A stretch of DNA of 64,000 nt from Octopus vulgaris (lineage: Eukaryota), in assembly GCA_951406725.2 (NCBI GenBank), contig OX597814.1:84816001-84880000 (forward strand), in the 5' to 3' direction. The notes beneath the pieces were generated by a model that made no database searches, was not told the DNA's origin, and worked only from the letters and a program-made list of their open reading frames with translations. Both the position numbers and the translations under genes were made by a program. Shown here in pieces: positions 35,976 through 50,316 of the stretch (the first letter of the stretch is position 1; the number at the start of each line of letters is the position of its first letter).

Positions 35976-37970
35976 GGAAACAAAAGATACAGAAGAAGGC
36001 AACAAAGAAATTTATTGGGATCCAAACAGAATAAACAAAAAAAAAAGTTGTCAGACCTTTAAACATTTAAAAAGGTTGTATCTGGCCTAAATATTCAGCT
36101 TGTTATATGTTCAAACCCTACAATGTCATTCTAAAAATGAGCAATCACACCATTGATATCTCTAAGCTATGAGATAATGCATAATTATTTCAAAACAATG
36201 CGAACAGAATAGCATTACGTTTGACAGAAGAATCTGAATGCTAAAGGATTAAGGTTATTAACTGAAAGAATTACATGAATCAGGATTTTGGTGCTGAACC
36301 AAAGGTGGTCATTCAATATGTTAGAAATTGCAGTAACAAAATATCTTCCATATAAAGAATGATATGCTGTATCTAGAAGGTACTCCTGGATACAGGATAC
36401 CTGACACAAAGACTGTATGACTACGGTTTCAATATCTTTGATCACAGGATCACACAGTTATGGTTGACCTGAGGTTAAACAAGAACAAGAACAATAACAA
36501 CAACAACAACAACAGCAGCAAATCTAAAGAAGATAAATCTAAATGCTGTTGAACACTGCAAATATTACAGAAAATGAGATTTCCAGGAAACTGGTTAAAA
36601 TTTTTTTTAAAATTTAAGCACAAGACTGAGAGAAGTAGAAACAGAGGATGAAATCAGCTATGAAGATAAAAAAAAAGCAAGCAAAAGAAGAGATAGGCAG
36701 GGAAGAGAGGAAAAGTAGGAAGGTAGTCTACTTTTGGTATAAATACATGTTTTCAATAATGAAAACAGCTAGATTTTTTTTTGTTGTATTACTTTTACAT
36801 AAAAAAATGAAAATGTTTTTAAAAAAGTATTTGTAAAAAATGTGCTCACAGACAACTACAGTGTGTAATAAGTAGTCAAAAACCACAGTTAGCCAGTTAG
36901 CTCTTTACACCTTTAATAGTAATATAAAAAGAAAAAAAGACTATCAGTGAAAATAATTAATTGAAATTTATCTGAAGTCAAGATAATAGTTTTATTAAAT
37001 ATTATAAAAGTCAGTTGGATACAAGGCAAGAGCTACTAACTTTTTGGAAAACAGGAGCAATAACATGAATTCATGAAATGAAATGGATACAATTATAGTA
37101 AACAACTATGTCATTCACTTTGTTTTCTTTTTTTCAGTGATTACTCCCAGTACAGTTTCTATAGAGTCATATCTAACAAAGATCTGTTATTCTAGGTTCA
37201 TGCAAGAATATTCTCTTGCTCTTGGTTCAACAGAATCTTGGCTTATGTTTGGCAAGAGAAGAGGATATTCTATCTAAGTAACCTGTTTAACACTCATTTA
37301 TTTAGAGTTGTGTATGAATGAAGTTGACACTGAAAAAGTAGATCTGTTTTTGCACATTGAGGTGAAATGGTTGTCTCAAGGAAAGTTTTAGATCAAGTTT
37401 TTGAACTGAAATCAGAAATAGTAAACTTCCTTGCTGCAAAAGCACATTCTAAAAACACTGCCTTTCATGACATGTTCATCACATACCCAGTTTGTCTATT
37501 TGTCACCATCTGAATTGGGAGATGAATTAGTTGAAGTGTTCTCCACAATAAAAAACAAAACAAAAATGCAAATAAAAGCAACAAAAAACAAATCTATGAG
37601 AAAATGAATGTTTTCTTCAACGAACAAAATCTTGGCACAAATGAGTCAACTATGTTGCTATGTTTACCATACAATTCCAACAGTACTAAGGCTGAGTGCC
37701 TGGAGAACAAACCTGGTGAGTATCTGCTCACACTCAGGATGTCTTTGACCAAATATTTTACTAAAAACAAGGTTCTACAAAGGAACATTGCATGGATAAA
37801 AGCCACTTCTTGTCACCAAAGATGTTATTTGGAGCCAAAAGATGAATTTCTGATATTGATAAATTATTCCACGATCCATAGCTCGTTTGATACTGTCATT
37901 AGTATTGCATCTTTCTGACTTACGCTAGGAACAATGAGATATCCAATCCCAATATTCTAGGCTATCCATA

Positions 37971-38826
37971 TATGAGGTGCATTCCAAAAGTTTTGAGACT
38001 GTTTTCAAGAAAGACAGTCATAACTGTCTTAGATTACTGTAATTTTAGTATATCATTATTATACATCTAATATGATGATCTTGTAATTTTTGCTATTCCA
38101 AATTGAAGGAGACGGCTGTAACAGTACTTTAAACATGCCATGCTAAACACTGCTTGTCACAGCTGACTACTTTGCAGAATGCAGTTGGGATGTAAGGATA
38201 ATTTGGAAGCTTGCTATGCAATAAAGCTTTGTGTTAAACTGGGTGAAAATGCAACAGAAATTTATGAAATGCTCCAGACCGCTTATAGATTACTTTGTAT
38301 GAGCTGAACATCTGTTTTTAACTGGTGCAAGAGGCAAAGCAAGACCACTAGGAAGCACATAATAATCTCCTTTTTCAACAACAAGGGTACCATTTATATT
38401 TACTGGGTTCCACCTGGTCAGACGGCCAAAAAAGAGTGTCTTGGGGAGGTTTACAAGGGGTTCAGGAAGAGATTTTATCGCAAAAGGCCAGAGCACCTGC
38501 ACCAATCCACAATTCCATCCTGGTGACCAACTACTTGACAGAAATGGGCATCAAAACTGTTCCTCACCTTCCCTGCAGTCCAGACCTTGCTCCCTGAGAC
38601 TTTTGGTTGTTCCTCAAGCAGATGGAGAAGATGAAGGAGGCTGAGACAAGGATCCCGGAAACCTTCACTTGAGAGACTTTCATAGAACTTTCACAAAATG
38701 GCTTAAGCACTACAATAAGTGCACTGAAGTCAGAGGATCCTACTTTGAAAGAGAATAGGGTCTTGTACTCCTTTGAAATAAATAAAAGTCTCTCCTGAAA
38801 AAATCTCAAACCACTGGAATACACCT
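37971..38826 (+). mobile_element. Internally deleted mariner element, apparently inserted in a hAT (Buster/Charlie-like) remnant at about 37300-38990
   Basis: TIRs GAGGTGCATTCCAAAAGTTTTGAGA / TCTCAAACCACTGGAATACACCT. Translations YAIKLCVKLGENATEIYEMLQ and PCSPDLAP*DFWLF. The flank gives HIEVKWLSQGKVL (compare EVRWLSRGKVL). Confidence 0.75.
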
Positions 38827-39969
38827 TCCACTTCTTCCATTTCTCCTGAGCAATGTGTATGATCATGGGTTCTTGATAATGTACTATATTATTAAGTCAA
38901 AGACTAAAAACCAGCATGTTCCAAGTTCAGACATGAAGTGATCTCTGTCAAAGATGATACCACACATCTAAAATTAAAATCTGGAAAAGCAACTTCATCC
39001 ACCTAACCAAATCTATCACATCATTGTACAGTAAGTAGTAAATTTTATTAACATAGTAAACTACTGCTTTGTATAATGTACAATTTCATGTTGGGGATAA
39101 TTTGAACTTGTAGGTTTTAAATATGGGCTAAAACAGGAAAAAAGATGAGAAACACTACTTTAGTTACAATTGAAAACAATGACCTACTCTTCTCTAACAT
39201 GCCCAAACTCAAGACACTTGTACAAAGACTTTTTTCTGTTATGTTTTCTATGCCTTAAAGCATCAGTCTCTTATGGTATATCAGCATATCTTTTGTTTTT
39301 ATTTCTGATCTAGTTAACTTTCTAGTTAGCCAATAGCTATATGGTACATAGTGTCAAAATAGTCAATCCCTAAACAGACTAGTTGCATCTCATCTACCCT
39401 CCCCTGATTGACAAGAGAAAGAATTTGCAAGGTTGTTCAACAAGCTAATAATAACAGCCATATTTCCATCAAATTAGATACTGTCATCTGCAAAAGTGAT
39501 AGTCACATTGGAGGCAAATATGTTTATTTACTTACATGTATTGAGAACGATAATAAAATGAAATTTAATTTGCTGCGGAAAGCGGTTTTATATACCAAGC
39601 TATCTTTTGTTGTGGAATGCCATGTTTGAAATTATTTTCTGTTGTGATATGTCAAGTTTACTGAGGTAATGAGACTTGCAGAAAATACCAATTCTGCTTT
39701 TGATACATATTTAACACAATTATTGGGATAACCATGAAATTTAATTTCACAGTTAAAGAGGTATTATTTCTACAACAAATTGAAATTTTAACCAACTTTT
39801 CAGAAATTATCATGCAACAATATCAAGCGGTTAGAGGATTTGTATATTCTATTTAATTTGATAATTCTTTCATTTCTGTTTTTAATTACATTTTGTGTAC
39901 AAAAAGATACTTTTGGGTGTACTTATTTTCTAACCCTTGTCAGCTTGGAAAAAAGGATGTTACATCAAC

Positions 39970-40058
<89 letters not shown>

Positions 40059-40146
40059 GAAGAAGAAGAAGAAGATGATTTGGCAGTGGTGGTGGTGGTG
40101 GTGATGATGATGATGATGATGACAGCAATGACAATGATGGCAATGT
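39970..40146. repeat. (GAT)n/(GAA)n/(GGT)n compound microsatellite
   Basis: Direct inspection. Confidence 0.9.
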
Positions 40147-41110
40147 AAACTTGTCTGTGGGGAAAAAGACAGGAGACAGCAAGTATACTCCAATATGAGT
40201 GAACAACTGACCTTGCAATGTGTTAATGATCTTTGCATATGCTAAAATAACAGGAAATTGATGTCTGTTTAAAGTAAAGGGAAGATTCATATTACTAGGT
40301 GTCAAATTTAACCTTGGGACAAGTGTCTCCCTTCGTTATCTTATGATTACTCGGTATTTGTCCCACTATGATAAAGATAATGAATAGATCTTATCAAAAC
40401 TGATGTTATTATGAAGCAGTCCTTGTCTTGTTCCAAAATGGCACAATAGTCATATCAACTTTTAGTTTCAAGGCAGGTGGCAGTAATCTCAATAGAGAAT
40501 CAATTTCTTTAGGAACTAAACCATAAAATTAATAAATATTTCTTCATATATGTCACCAAAGCTACCAACCTTTTTGTATGCTGCGATATTTCCAGGCAGC
40601 AATGCAAGAATATCGTTATTTAGTTTCAAAGTATCTACATTTCTAGGAGTTAAAAATTATCTTTGATGATAAACTTTCAACAGATTCTTCATTTGAAAAG
40701 TCAATTGAATCTCCAAATATATCTCTAATAATACCCCTTGACCTGATATTAAGTTCAGGTGGTATTTCTATTTGATCTGCTTGCATTCACATTCATTTAT
40801 CAGAGCACTGCTTCCAATATCAAATAGCCCTCTATTAATTTCTTCTTTCTTTGTGATCCTCATATTTTTTAAGAACCTTAAAAAATTTACATAAGGCCAA
40901 AACTGAGATGATTTAAATAATTTAAAACAATTCACAATAATAGTGGTGTTAAAACTTCTTGGAATTATCAAAATAGTTTGGTGAAAACTTTCTCATGATA
41001 GAAGAATTTTACCACCAAGAGGTCTATTTTAATTTATGATTTACTTTAAGTGTATATCAATGATTCACAGAATGTTAGCAGATAACATTAAAGCTTTCAT
41101 TTTCCATTCT
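40147..41110 (-). mobile_element. Degenerate Helitron Pif1-type helicase remnant
   Basis: GGKILLS, SSQFWP..LKNMRI and LPFTLNRHQFPVILAYAKIINTLQGQLF.HIGVYL (compare RRQFPVRLAFAMTINKSQGQ). Confidence 0.8.
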
Positions 41111-41369
41111 TTGTTTGACTTTGAAATTTCTAAGCTTTACTGATGATTGTTGCTTGTGTTCATACAGCATCTGCTCATTCTTGTAAGGCACTGGAATATT
41201 TTTGTCTCTTTCTCTTCCTATTTTTCATTGCTCTTGAGATAAATTTAATTGCTAACTTTTTTGTCATTCCACTGCTAACACACACACACAGCTTGAGATA
41301 TTCAGAAAGTAATTACATGTTTTCAAACAGGAAGAGAAAATCAAATGCTGGTGAAGTTTAATTAAATAC

Positions 41370-41760
41370 CATTTATCAATAATGTAATTACCATCATTAT
41401 CAAATACTGCAGCCCAATAGAAAGGAAAATTTTTGCTTTCACATTTACAAAATTTTGCCATACCATTTTCCATGACTTCTTCATACCTGGATGTTTTTGC
41501 CAGTTATGAAATGCTGTAGTCATTGAAATAAGTGAATGTGAAAGAACTCTCCATCTTAACTATCTTTTTCTGAGTTTGTTTTGCAGAATGAGCCCTTGAA
41601 TTGTCTTGTTTGGGAAAAATACTTTTCCTATTTAACAAAGCTGGCCATTTATTGTGAAAAATATCATTTACACAATTAAATAGTTGTCAATAAATGTCTA
41701 CAGTAATGGTCCTTCCTTATTTCAGTACCTTATAACACAGAACACAGTTCATGATCTACC
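41370..41760 (-). mobile_element. mariner transposase C-terminal remnant
   Basis: QDNSRAHSAKQT...WAAVFDNDGNYIID. Confidence 0.7.
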
Positions 41761-43187
41761 CAATACATAATAAAGATTCAAGCTTGCTTCCTAGCTACAT
41801 GGTTTCGGGTTCAGTCCCACTGCATGGCACTTTGGGCAGGTTTCTTCTACTATAGCCCCGAGCTGACCGAAGCTTTGTGATTGAATTCGGTAGGCGGAAG
41901 TTGTTGCCATGTGTGTATGTGTGCGTGTAGGTGCTCAGTGCCTCTCCGAAAGAGAGAGAGAGAGAAGTCCTGGGTTTGGTTCTTCATTTGCTGATAACAC
42001 TTTTTTGGTTGACATGTCATATACAACAATAAGAGATTGTTGTGCAGGAACTGAGAGATTGTTATTCCTAGTCAAGAGACTGCTACAGAAGGTAGGGAAA
42101 CAAAATTCTTACCATAGAACCCCACCATGTTACATGTAGCCTTCTACATAAATGCTTTTATAATCACACACATATATGCATAAAAAATAAATAGACCACT
42201 AGTTGTTTAATTAATTGAACTACCTGGTTATTGAATTAAGGAGTATGTGGCTAAGTATTCCACAAACATGCATACACTTAATATAATTCTAAAGTGGAAT
42301 CAGTATAATACAGTGTGTGACAAGGCCAAACCTGCTAAATTACAGGTACAATCCAGCCAATGGGCTTCTGTATCTCCATTTTCATTTACAAGGCTTCTGT
42401 CAACCTAGTGTTATTGTAAATAACACTAGCCCAAGGTGCAATGCACATATAGACACATGCACATGCACATACACTAATAGGATCAAACTGTTGCAGAAAT
42501 CTATGCAACAAACACTAGCTAAACGTTTACATCCAGTATGACCTCACCTATGTTGGTGCCATGAAAAAGCACTCAGTCCACTCTGCAGAGTGGTAGGTAT
42601 TAGGACGGGCATCCAGCCATAAAACCCCTGCCAAAAACAGACACTGTAGGCTGGAGTAGTCTTCTACCTGGCTGGCTCTTGTCAAACCATCCAACCCATC
42701 CCTGCATGGAAGACAGATGTTAACTGATGATGGTGATGATGATATGACATTCACCTAAGGAAGCTTAGTAGCAATTGACTATATTTTTTGTAACATGGAA
42801 TTATTTTGGCACTTCTTTGATAATACCACTTCCTAGAAACAACAAGAACTAAAAATGCCAGCATAATCTAAATATTGGTTTCAAATTTTGGCACAAGGCC
42901 AGTAATTTCGTGGCAGGAGTTAAGCTGATTAAATCAACCCCAGTGTTTAACTGGTAATTATTTTATCAACTCGCAAAGAATGAAAAGCAAAGGCAAACCC
43001 TGATGGAATTTAAACTCATGACAAAAGGACTGATGAAACACCACAAAGCATTTCACCCAATGTGCTAATGCTTCTGCCAGTTTGCCACCTCATCCTCATC
43101 ATCATTGCCGCTGCAGCCGCCGCCACTGCCGCCACCACCACCACCACCACCACCACCACCGCCACCGCCACTACCACCACCACCACC

Positions 43188-44740
43188 GTTTAACATCTGC
43201 CTTCCATGCTAGCATGGGTAGGATGGTTTCACAAGAGCTGGCTAGGCAGAAGCCTACACCAGACTTCTGTGATTGTTTTGGCAGGATTTTTACAGCTGGA
43301 TGCCCTTCCTAGCACCAAGCACTCAGCAAAGTGGATTTAGTGCTTTTTACGTAGCACAAGCACAGGCAAGGTTAGTTTTAGCAAAGTTTTTACAGCTGGA
43401 TGCCCTTCTGAACACCGTCCGCTTTACAGTGTGGACCGGGTGCTTTTAAGTGGCACCTGCACCAACAGGATCACCAACAAGACAAAAAAAAACCCAAAAG
43501 AACTTTCAAGTGGGGAGGGGGCATTGAAGGAGGCAATCTTGTGTCAGATGATGAAAGGTTATAGTGAGACAAAGAGACAGAAACAGGTGTCTTGCTGTAG
43601 AGGAAGTACAAGGTTACCTGGCCAGTGGTGGTGAGAGGGAGAGAAAGAGAGTGAGAGAGATCAGATATGAAGACAGAAACAGGTGCGCTACCACAAAGGA
43701 AATACATGGTTACTCAACCCGAGGAAAATGCAGGAGGAGAGAGAGAGTTGGGGACAGCAAGACAGAGATGGTGGCAAAATGCAGGACATACTCACAAGGG
43801 ACGGGAATCAGAACATAAATGGAATGGTTGAGTAAAGGAAAAGAGAGATATAGATGGGGGCAAGTGCCAAGGCACACACTTGATGTTCAAACACCAAAAT
43901 ATAAGTGGCAGGATATTGCAAAGGAATTGTGATTAAAGTGTGCAGAGGGGGTGAGTGAGTGGTGAAAAGCTGGGTATATATAGATTCAGTGGGGCTACAA
44001 AATAGCAATGATACAGAGGAACAGGGCTGTGAGAACAGGATTGGGGAGTGAGAGCAAGGCATAGTATATGAAGGGGGAAATGTGAAGAAGAGATGTGAAG
44101 ATGTAGATTGGTTTGTTGGGGTAATACAGTGAGACAGGGTGTGTGGGTGGAACACACAGGTTTGAGGCTAGTGGAGAGCAATGATACAGTGGCAAAGGGC
44201 CAAAGGGACAGGATTGGGGAGTTGGAGGTAAGCATAGTGCATGAAGTGGAAATGTGAGGAAGAGAAGAGATGTAGAGATGTAGTTTGGTTTGCTCTGGAA
44301 GAATGTGTGAGAAGTTTTCTTGTTAAGAGTAGGTGGGACACACAGTGCTTCTATAACTCAGTTTCACTGACGTGGGTGGGTCTTCTCTAGAACTTCATAT
44401 TGGTCCATTGTCGTTTCTTCCATGAGGCCAACATCCTCAGATCGGTCCTCACCACTTTATCCCACTTCTTTCTGGGTCTCCCTCTTCTGCGGGTATCATC
44501 CACTTTCAGTGATCGGCACTTTTTTATGCAGCTGTGCTCATTCATACACATCACATGTCCAAACCAACACAGTCTTCTTTCATGCATGCAACATTTGATT
44601 CTTTTTATGCCCCAATTTTCTCTCAATACATTTGCACTTTGCTGTACATGTGCACTGATGTTGCACATCCAACAGAGCATACTATCTCCATTTCTCTCCA
44701 GTCTATGCACGTCTTCTGCAATCAGAGCCCATGTCTCACT
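43188..44740 (-). mobile_element. RTE LINE 3' portion, inverted sister of 17930-19464
   Basis: ERRLCWFGHV...GRPRKKWDKVVRTDL and the same long 3' UTR as the 18.3-19.4 kb copy. Confidence 0.88.
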
Positions 44741-44901
44741 AGCATAATCTAAATATTAACGTTTCAAAAAACTTTTGGATGCTTTTTTCTGTTCATTTTC
44801 ACTTTTTCTCAACCACATTGGAACCCACTGATTTCTCAGACTTCACCACAAACACTGACAATGATAAATTCAAACTGAAAAATTGAGAATTTAAAAAATA
44901 C

Positions 44902-45012
44902 CTTCAATGATGGAGGCAAATTCTTTGGTGAAATGTTTGCAATATAGTTCACATTAAGATTGAATTCTTCTAGGCTACTGAATTTCAAAACACCTGAATC
45001 AATTTCTTGAAT
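44902..45012 (-). CDS. LRRC43: LRRC43-like exon, LRR (IQEIDSGVLKFSSLEEFNLNVNYIANISPKNLPPSLK)
   Basis: Acceptor tttcag|, donor AAG|GTATTT, 111 nt, phase 0-0. Has an LxxLxLxxN repeat and an NLPPSLK motif. Confidence 0.92.
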
Positions 45013-45912
45013 CTGAAATTTAAATATATACACACATATATAAGACTGATTGTAAAAACCAATGATTGAAGATATCATATATAGGTGCAGGTGTGGGTGT
45101 GAGGTAAGAAGTTTGTTTTTCAACCAGATAGTTCTGGGTTCAATCCCACTGTATGGCACATTGGGAAAACGTCTTCTACTATAGTCTCAGGTTGATCAAA
45201 GCCTTGTGAGTGGATTTGGTAGGTGGAAACTAAAAAAAGCCTATAGTATGTGTGTGTGTGTGTGCGTGTGTCCTTCCTTACCACTTGGCACCGTTGTTGA
45301 TGTGTCTGTGTCCCTGTAACTTAGCAGTTCAGCAAAAAACAGAAAACAGAGTACATATCAGGCTTTAAAAAAATTAGTACTGGGATCAATTCATTCAACT
45401 AAAATTCTTCAATGCCCCAGCTTGGTTACAGTCCAATGACTGAAACAAATAAAAGATAACAATTATATAATACACACACACAAATGTAAGATCCAAGGGT
45501 CGAGGTGTAGGAAGAAAGTTAGCTTCAAGCAATCTGCAGTGAATATTAGAAAAAAACAGCTTTTAGAAACAATAGTGGTTTATTGAGATGGAAGGTTGTG
45601 ATTTTTTTTTCTTTATTGAAGAATGACAAGCTGAAAAAAAGTTTTTTTTATATTCCACAGTAGGTGACAAGGGTCGTCAAGTGTGTAAAGAAGAATACAA
45701 GAATTATGGAATGGAGTCTGGAAAATCCAGGCTACATGTTTCAATGCAAGTGGAACCTCAGAAGTGGTAAAATCCAAGTGAGTTGTACACTGCTGGCTAC
45801 TCTTCGGGCCAAGGATATCTTGATTAGATTAAAGGCTACATTGTCACAAGGAGGTACATGTTGATGCAAAATGGATTCAATCAGAATGTGTGGAGGACCC
45901 AGTATGTGAGGA

Positions 45913-45954
<42 letters not shown>

Positions 45955-45956
45955 TT

Positions 45957-48900
45957 ACTTCTACTGCCACTCCTCTCAAGCACCTCCTCATTACTAATGG
46001 GCATTTTCCAGTTTATCCCCCAAATTTTTCTCAGACAGTATTGATGAAATCATTCCACTTGCCTTATCTGCCTACAGTAAACAACCTATGCCTCACTTCC
46101 ATATAGCAAAGATGGGAGGATGCATGTGTTATATACCTTAACTTTAATTTGTGAAGAGATATTATGTTGTTTCCACAGACACCTATCAAACCTACCAAAA
46201 GTACTACTAGCCCTGCTGATTCTGTATGAAATTTCATCATCAACACCAGCAGTACTCCAGGTACTTCCTAAATAAATAAATCTAGGTACAGTCTCCAACC
46301 TTTGACCATTCAATGTTATAAAAGGTTCTACATACATCTTGAAGGGAGCGGGCTGGTACATTATAAAAGTTTTTTTTAGACTGATTGTTAGACCCAATGC
46401 TGCACATGCTGCAGAAATCGCATTCACCATGTGCTGCATATATGTTTATGAGAATGTGCCAACAGATCATAATCATCTGCATACAGAAACTCAACAAGGT
46501 GAGAATGCAGAACTTTTGCTTTGGCACAGAGTCTTTTGAGATTGAACAGTTTCCTGTTGTCCTATATCTCATAGAGATCCCTTCAGGGCAATCTTTAAAA
46601 GCTATTTGCATAATATATAGCAAACAGTGTAGGAGCAGGAATATCATCTTGCTTTACATCATTTTCTACAGAAATTGGATCTGATAAGGTACCTCCAACA
46701 TTAACTCTCACTTCCATCTTGTCATGAAATTGTCTAAGCATTCTCACAAATTTTTCAGGGCATCGTAGCTTTTTTAGGATCTCCCAAGGTGAAATTCTAT
46801 TGTTAGGTCAATGAAAACCTGGTATAAGTCCATATCCTGTTCGATGCACTTCTCTTGCAACTTGTCTCTCCGAAAATATCATATCCATAGTACTCCTACT
46901 ATCCATAAACCAACATTGCAATTCTGGTTGAACCTCATCAGTAATGTGCAGAAGCAATCTATCCAGCATTACCCAACAGAGGACCTTTCCAGCAACAGCT
47001 AACAGACAGATGCCACAATAATTATCACAGACATCCTTTCCACCTTTAGATTTATATAGTATCTCCATAGTTGCATCATGCCAATCCGGAGGAAGCTTTT
47101 TCACTTTGCCAAACCCTCTGAATCACATCCATCAACATTGCACAAAGATGATCACCAGCATATTTATATATCTCTGCACCTAGTCCATCCATACCAGGGG
47201 CCTTTCCATTGTTCAATTTTCTGATTGCTGCTTTTATTTCAGCCAGGTTTGGAACTTCTGCTATAAGATGTTTTATTGGTCTCTTGGGTATATTATCAAG
47301 AAAAGAGAGATCAACTTCAGTGGGTCTATTGAGCAACTCATCAAAATGTTCTTTCCATCTCCCAACAATATCTTTAGGGTTTGCTAATAATTCTGTGCCA
47401 TTCTTGCTCCAAAGTGGCACAACCTTTGATGAAACTGGTTCATAAACTTTTTCTAAGAGAGAGTAAAAAAGTTTGGAATTGTTAGCATTTGAAGCTTCTT
47501 GGACTTCATCACATCTATCACTCCACCAATTTTCCTGCATTGTCCGTAGCTTATTCTGCACTGTTGCTTTTACTGCCTTGAAATATGTAGCCACTGTCCT
47601 GTTCGTTGACATGTCAACATTTTGCAAAATGTTAAATGCCTTTCGCTTCTCCTCTAAAATATGATTAACTTGTTCAACATTATTGTCAAACCAATCTTGG
47701 TGTTTTTTTACAACAAAGCCAAGAATATTACTACAAATTTTATACCTCTTTCTTTGAATGACTTCCAGTTTCCATCACAGGACAAATTATTTATCTCACT
47801 CACAAACTCACTGCATACTGATGGAATCTTAAGTTTATTGACATCAATCCATTTCGGTAATTTGTCATTATTTGCTCTAACCTTAGGCTTGACAACAAAA
47901 TTCACCTTGGCACGCAAAAGCCTATGATCAGTCCAGCACTCTGCACCACACATCACTCGTACAATAGCAAAGTCCATAGCATTTCATTACCTGATGATGA
48001 TGTAATCTATAAGATACCATTTCTTAGAACCAAGGTGCATCCATGTCGTTTTATACTTATTCTTTAGTTGAAACATTGTATTCATGACACACAAATCCAT
48101 CTCTACGCTTATTTATCACAGTAGCAAACCATTACTGTTGGAACTCCCAACAACATGCTTTCCTAAGACACCCCAAGTCTCCCAATCTGCACCAACACGA
48201 GCATTAAAATCACCTAAAATGACAACTTTGTCATCATGGGAGATATTGCGTATAATCTCTGTAGAAGGCAAGTTAATCATCCTCTGATGAATTCATAGTT
48301 GGAGCATATGCACTTATGAGTGTTACATAGAGAACTTTTCTTAATGGTAGCCTTAAAGACATCAATCAATCGGAATGACCATATGGTAGTTCCTCAAATT
48401 TTGAAGCCAGAGTGGTTTTGATAGCAAATCCAACTCCTGATTCTTTCTTATAGATCTCCTCTCTACAGCACCAAAATAAATGATACCCAGCAGATTTCTC
48501 TACGAAATTTCCCTTTCCATGAATTCTTGTTTCAGCTAACGCTACAACATCCATATCATATTGCTGTAACTCTTTTGCAACAAGCACGGATCTTCTCTCT
48601 GGACAAGATTTCAGACAATCATTGTCTAATAACGTTCGAACATTCCAACATCCTATATTCATAGGCTTGCATCTTAACTTGAATTTACTCACAGTTGCAG
48701 GATGACGACTGGATCCAGGATGAGGTGCCCTGGGACACCTGCCAGGCCAGACCACAGAACAAAATGTTCCAGAGCATTTTTTGCCATTTGTTTCATTATC
48801 AATATGAACTTTCATTGTTTAGATGTGCTTTTTTAAGCTTTGGCCAGCCATATACACATAAAATGTTCATTTCATTTTCCTTTACAGCAATACCTGTGCT

Positions 48901-49110
48901 TAACACTTTTAAAGTGAGAAAAAGTTTTGCACAGCAACCATTCCCACCCTCTAAACTACAACAGAAGAGTGCATTTGCAGTCATTTTACATCAGAGTGTC
49001 CTCATCCCAGTCTTTGTCCAACCAAAGGCTAACTACAAGACAGCAGTGAAGTATTTAAATTCAGAGACTGCCTTCACCATGGCTTGGGTAAACAGGGGAG
49101 CTCTATCCAC
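45957..49110 (-). mobile_element. Near full-length decayed RTE-clade LINE (5' UTR, APE endonuclease, RT), second family
   Basis: IGCWNVRTL, VVALAETR, GVGFAI, ILGDFNARVG, WTDHRLL, GKAPGMDG, FIYLGS and LLYGSEA, with many stops and frameshifts. Ends at EVLERSGSRS. Confidence 0.9.
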
Positions 49111-49409
49111 CTCTCATCTATTTATTAAAAAAAAAAACTAAAATAAGAGAAATAAATAAAAATTAAATATTGAGATAAAACTGAGTAAAATTAAAAATAA
49201 GATTGACATACAATGTATACAATTTAAAAACAAAATTTACAATATGTACACACACATGCTGAAATACAATATATACAATACACACACATGCAGAGTTTAA
49301 AATGCAATATATACTATACAGACAAACACAAACACTCCACAAACACATGTAGTTGAATGGCCGTTGACTATGTTGTAGTTCCTCTGCCCTCTTCTGTAGT
49401 TCAGAAATT

Positions 49410-49697
49410 GACCTATGACAAACAATGATGTGGCTATTAAAATTCACAACAGAATGTGTGTAAAATGTGGAAGGGTGTGCCTCTCAGTTGAAGGTCTAAA
49501 AAGACATGTTAAGAGAGAGCATATGGTGGCACCTGTTTCTCCTGCCAGCCAGTACAGTTGTCTAGTATATAATAAAATGTGTAAAAGCTTGGCCAGGCTT
49601 AAAAGTCATATAAGGGCATCACATGGCAACAATCATGAATCATTTCAGTTAAGTCTTCTTGGTAATGGCTTTTCCCTTGTAATGAGGATGCAGCTGT
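49410..49697 (+). mobile_element. 3' end (double C2H2 finger plus 3' UTR) of the same RTE family as 4775-5706
   Basis: CVKCGRVCLSVEGLKRHVKREH..CLVYNKMCKSLARLKSHIRASH aligns with the 4811-5095 ORF. Shared UTR GGxAATGGCTTT.CC.TGTA.ATGAGGA. Confidence 0.82.
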
Positions 49698-50122
49698 GAT
49701 GTGTGTGTGTGTGTGTGCGTGTGTGTGCGCGTGTATGTGTGTGTGTGTATGTATGTGTGTAGGTGAGGGATGGATGTGTGGTAAGAAGTCCCACTGAGTG
49801 GCACTTTGGGCAAGTGTCATCATAGCCTCAGGCCAATCAAAGCTGTGTGAGTGGATTTATTAGACAGAAACAAGGCAAGCAATTTCAAGGGAGTGGATAA
49901 GTCAATTCATTGATCCCAGGGTTCATCTGCTACTTATTTTATCGATCCTGAAACCATGAAAGGCAAAGTCGACCTCAGTGGAATTTGAACTCAGAATGTA
50001 AAGACATGAAATGCCACTAAGTTCTTTGCCTGGTGTGCTAATGATTCTGCCAGTTCGCTGCCTTCTGTTGATTAAATATTAACAAGAAATTATAATTAAT
50101 TACAGAAAAAAATAAAACTCAC

Positions 50123-50316
50123 TGAAGAATTCCTGAGAGTAAGTGTTTTGAAGAAATTAAAAACAAATTTATCATTGATCCATTGTGGATTAGTGATGGC
50201 AATTTCTCTCAAATTCAGGGCTTCACTACTCCAGCTACAGTCAGTATTCCATGGAGAATTTTCTGAATGAACATATTCCAGCAGAGTGTCAACATGCTTG
50301 TCCAAAGGAGTTTTAT
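50123..50316 (-). CDS. LRRC43: LRRC43-like exon (DKTPLDKHVDTLLEYVHSENSPW...LREIAITNPQWINDKFVFNFFKTLTLRNSS)
   Basis: Acceptor tctcag|, donor TCA|GTGAGT, 194 nt, phase 1 to 0. SPW...LREIAI.NP matches recalled LRRC43 (SPW...LRELAIRNP). Confidence 0.92.

Noticed and set aside
5706-45957. One LINE split by a 40-kb insertion, since the two fragments have complementary breakpoints
   Set aside because: Three conserved LRRC43 exons lie between them, and the overlap of about 45 bp is only roughly 80% identical, so they are separate copies.
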